The notes beneath the pieces were generated by a model. The model worked only from the letters and a program-made list of their open reading frames with translations. It was not told the origin of the DNA and searched no databases. Shown one piece after another: positions 26,769 to 27,479 of a stretch of 27,479 nucleotides of DNA. Origin of the DNA: Verrucomicrobiales bacterium. Lineage in GTDB: Bacteria > Verrucomicrobiota > Verrucomicrobiia > Verrucomicrobiales > SLCJ01. The translations under genes were made by a program, and so were the position numbers. The stretch's first letter is position 1. Each line of letters opens with the position of its first letter. The DNA lies in contig JBJTQJ010000078.1 in NCBI GenBank assembly GCA_046075565.1, forward strand, positions 1-27,479. Reading direction: 5' to 3'.

Positions 26769-26907
26769 TTTGAACAGGAGGTAACAGAGGAAACGGGGAA
26801 GCAGTGGGTTGAGAACAAATTGAGGTCAGTTCCCTCTCACCTTCACGACGAGGAACTGAATTCTCACAATCCGTTCATCCTCTGTTCTCTTCGTTTCCTC
26901 CTGTAAA
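26769..26907. repeat. Imperfect inverted repeat with ~9-nt periodic arms and an inner stem (MITE-like)
   Basis: Left arm TTTGAACAGGAGGTAACAGAGGAAACGGGGA. Right arm reverse complement TTTACAGGAGGAAACGAAGAGAACAGAGGA. Inner stem TCAGTTCC (26826-26833) / GGAACTGA (26852-26859). Confidence 0.7.
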
Positions 26908-26969
26908 TTCATTTTCCCTTCCAGGTTGAATCCTCAGGATTCCGCCCCGACGGGCCAAAAAATCAACCG

Positions 26970-27012
26970 TTGCCAGAAAAGTTCTTGGCAAAGCGAACCG
27001 GAAAGCTATGCT
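26970..27012 (+). promoter_or_regulatory. Candidate divergent sigma70-type promoter overlapped by a TTGCCA-N10-TGGCAA palindrome
   Basis: TTGGCA (26985-26990), a 16-nt spacer and TATGCT (27007-27012). The palindrome spans 26970-26991. Confidence 0.4.
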
Positions 27013-27035
27013 CGTTCCAAATGAGAATCGTAGTG

Positions 27036-27080
27036 AAATCTCCCAATCGCGCCGCATTCCGGCGCGAAGCGGGAATTTTT
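27036..27080 (+). terminator. GC-rich hairpin with T-tract, intrinsic terminator-like
   Basis: TCGCGCCG-cattc-CGGCGCGA (27047-27067), extendable by TCCC/GGGA and followed by ATTTTT. Confidence 0.45.
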
Positions 27081-27104
27081 CGTGCCGAAACTCCGCCCAC
27101 CGCC

Positions 27105-27457
27105 GCCTCGGCGAAGGCGGAACCAGCTACCCCGCCCCCTCTCGGGCGGGCGGAACGACCTCAGACGCGTTTTCCCTGGGCGTGATGTGCTTCCTCCCCC
27201 CTCTTGGGCGGGCGTAGCGCAGCGAAGCCCCCTCCCCCTCAACCCCCATTTCCCCGCCCTCCAGCCTTCGCCAAGGCTACGGCCGACAGGCCGGTCCGCC
27301 CCAAACGCTGTTGCCATGGCTGCCTGCCAAAAGCGGCAAGGGCGTCTGCCACACGGCTGTTTCGTCGCGTTTTTCTTCTCTGCTCACTGCTCACTCGGCA
27401 CTTTTCACTTCCTTCGCCCCCCCCCTTTCCCCCGCAACCCCCATTTCCCCTCCCTCC
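27105..27457. repeat. Mosaic of REP-like inverted and direct repeats
   Basis: GCCTCGGCGAAGGC (27105-27118) is inverted to GCCTTCGCCAAGGC (27264-27277), 13/14 match. CCCCCTCTYGGGCGGGCG occurs at 27135 and 27197. AACCCCCATTTCCCCKCCCTCC occurs at 27241 and 27436. Confidence 0.7.
27381..27410. repeat. Four tandem 7-nt TnnnCAC units
   Basis: TGCTCAC TGCTCAC TCGGCAC TTTTCAC TT. Confidence 0.65.
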
Positions 27458-27479
27458 GGTCCGGCCACCGGCTCTCTCA

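Noticed and set aside
26591-27317. Small ORFs upstream of nuoD (26591-26818, 26875-27057, 26970-27185, 27006-27317, 27008-27217)
   Set aside because: They are translations of repeats or low-complexity DNA, with no similarity to NuoA/B/C or any family I recognise.
26769-27479. Possible CRISPR array in the repeat-rich end
   Set aside because: The repeats are heterogeneous, at most two copies each, with no regular spacers and no cas genes.

Overview
Bacterial, GC-rich window. Gene style and protein families suggest Verrucomicrobiota (inference). Left to right: (1) the 3' end and right inverted repeat of an IS3-family element; (2) a + strand accessory block of six predicted secreted proteins: an NlpC/P60-like Cys/His hydrolase, three SGNH/SASA (sialate O-acetylesterase-like) esterases, a DUF6288-like PDZ/alpha-toroid/HEAT protein, and an SHD1 + coiled-coil + transglutaminase-like + CBM-like protein; (3) a convergent - strand housekeeping unit, nuoDEFGHIJKLMN (nuoABC absent) followed closely by metY; (4) about 1 kb with no credible ORF, holding a perfect Rex/CRP-type palindrome upstream of nuoD, a candidate promoter plus terminator-like hairpin, and several kinds of short repeats. 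The best candidate for an undescribed system is the secreted cluster: a ~185-aa beta-sandwich-like module ends the DUF6288-like protein and recurs inserted just before the catalytic His of the adjacent esterase. All family assignments come from reading motifs by eye; no database search was run.
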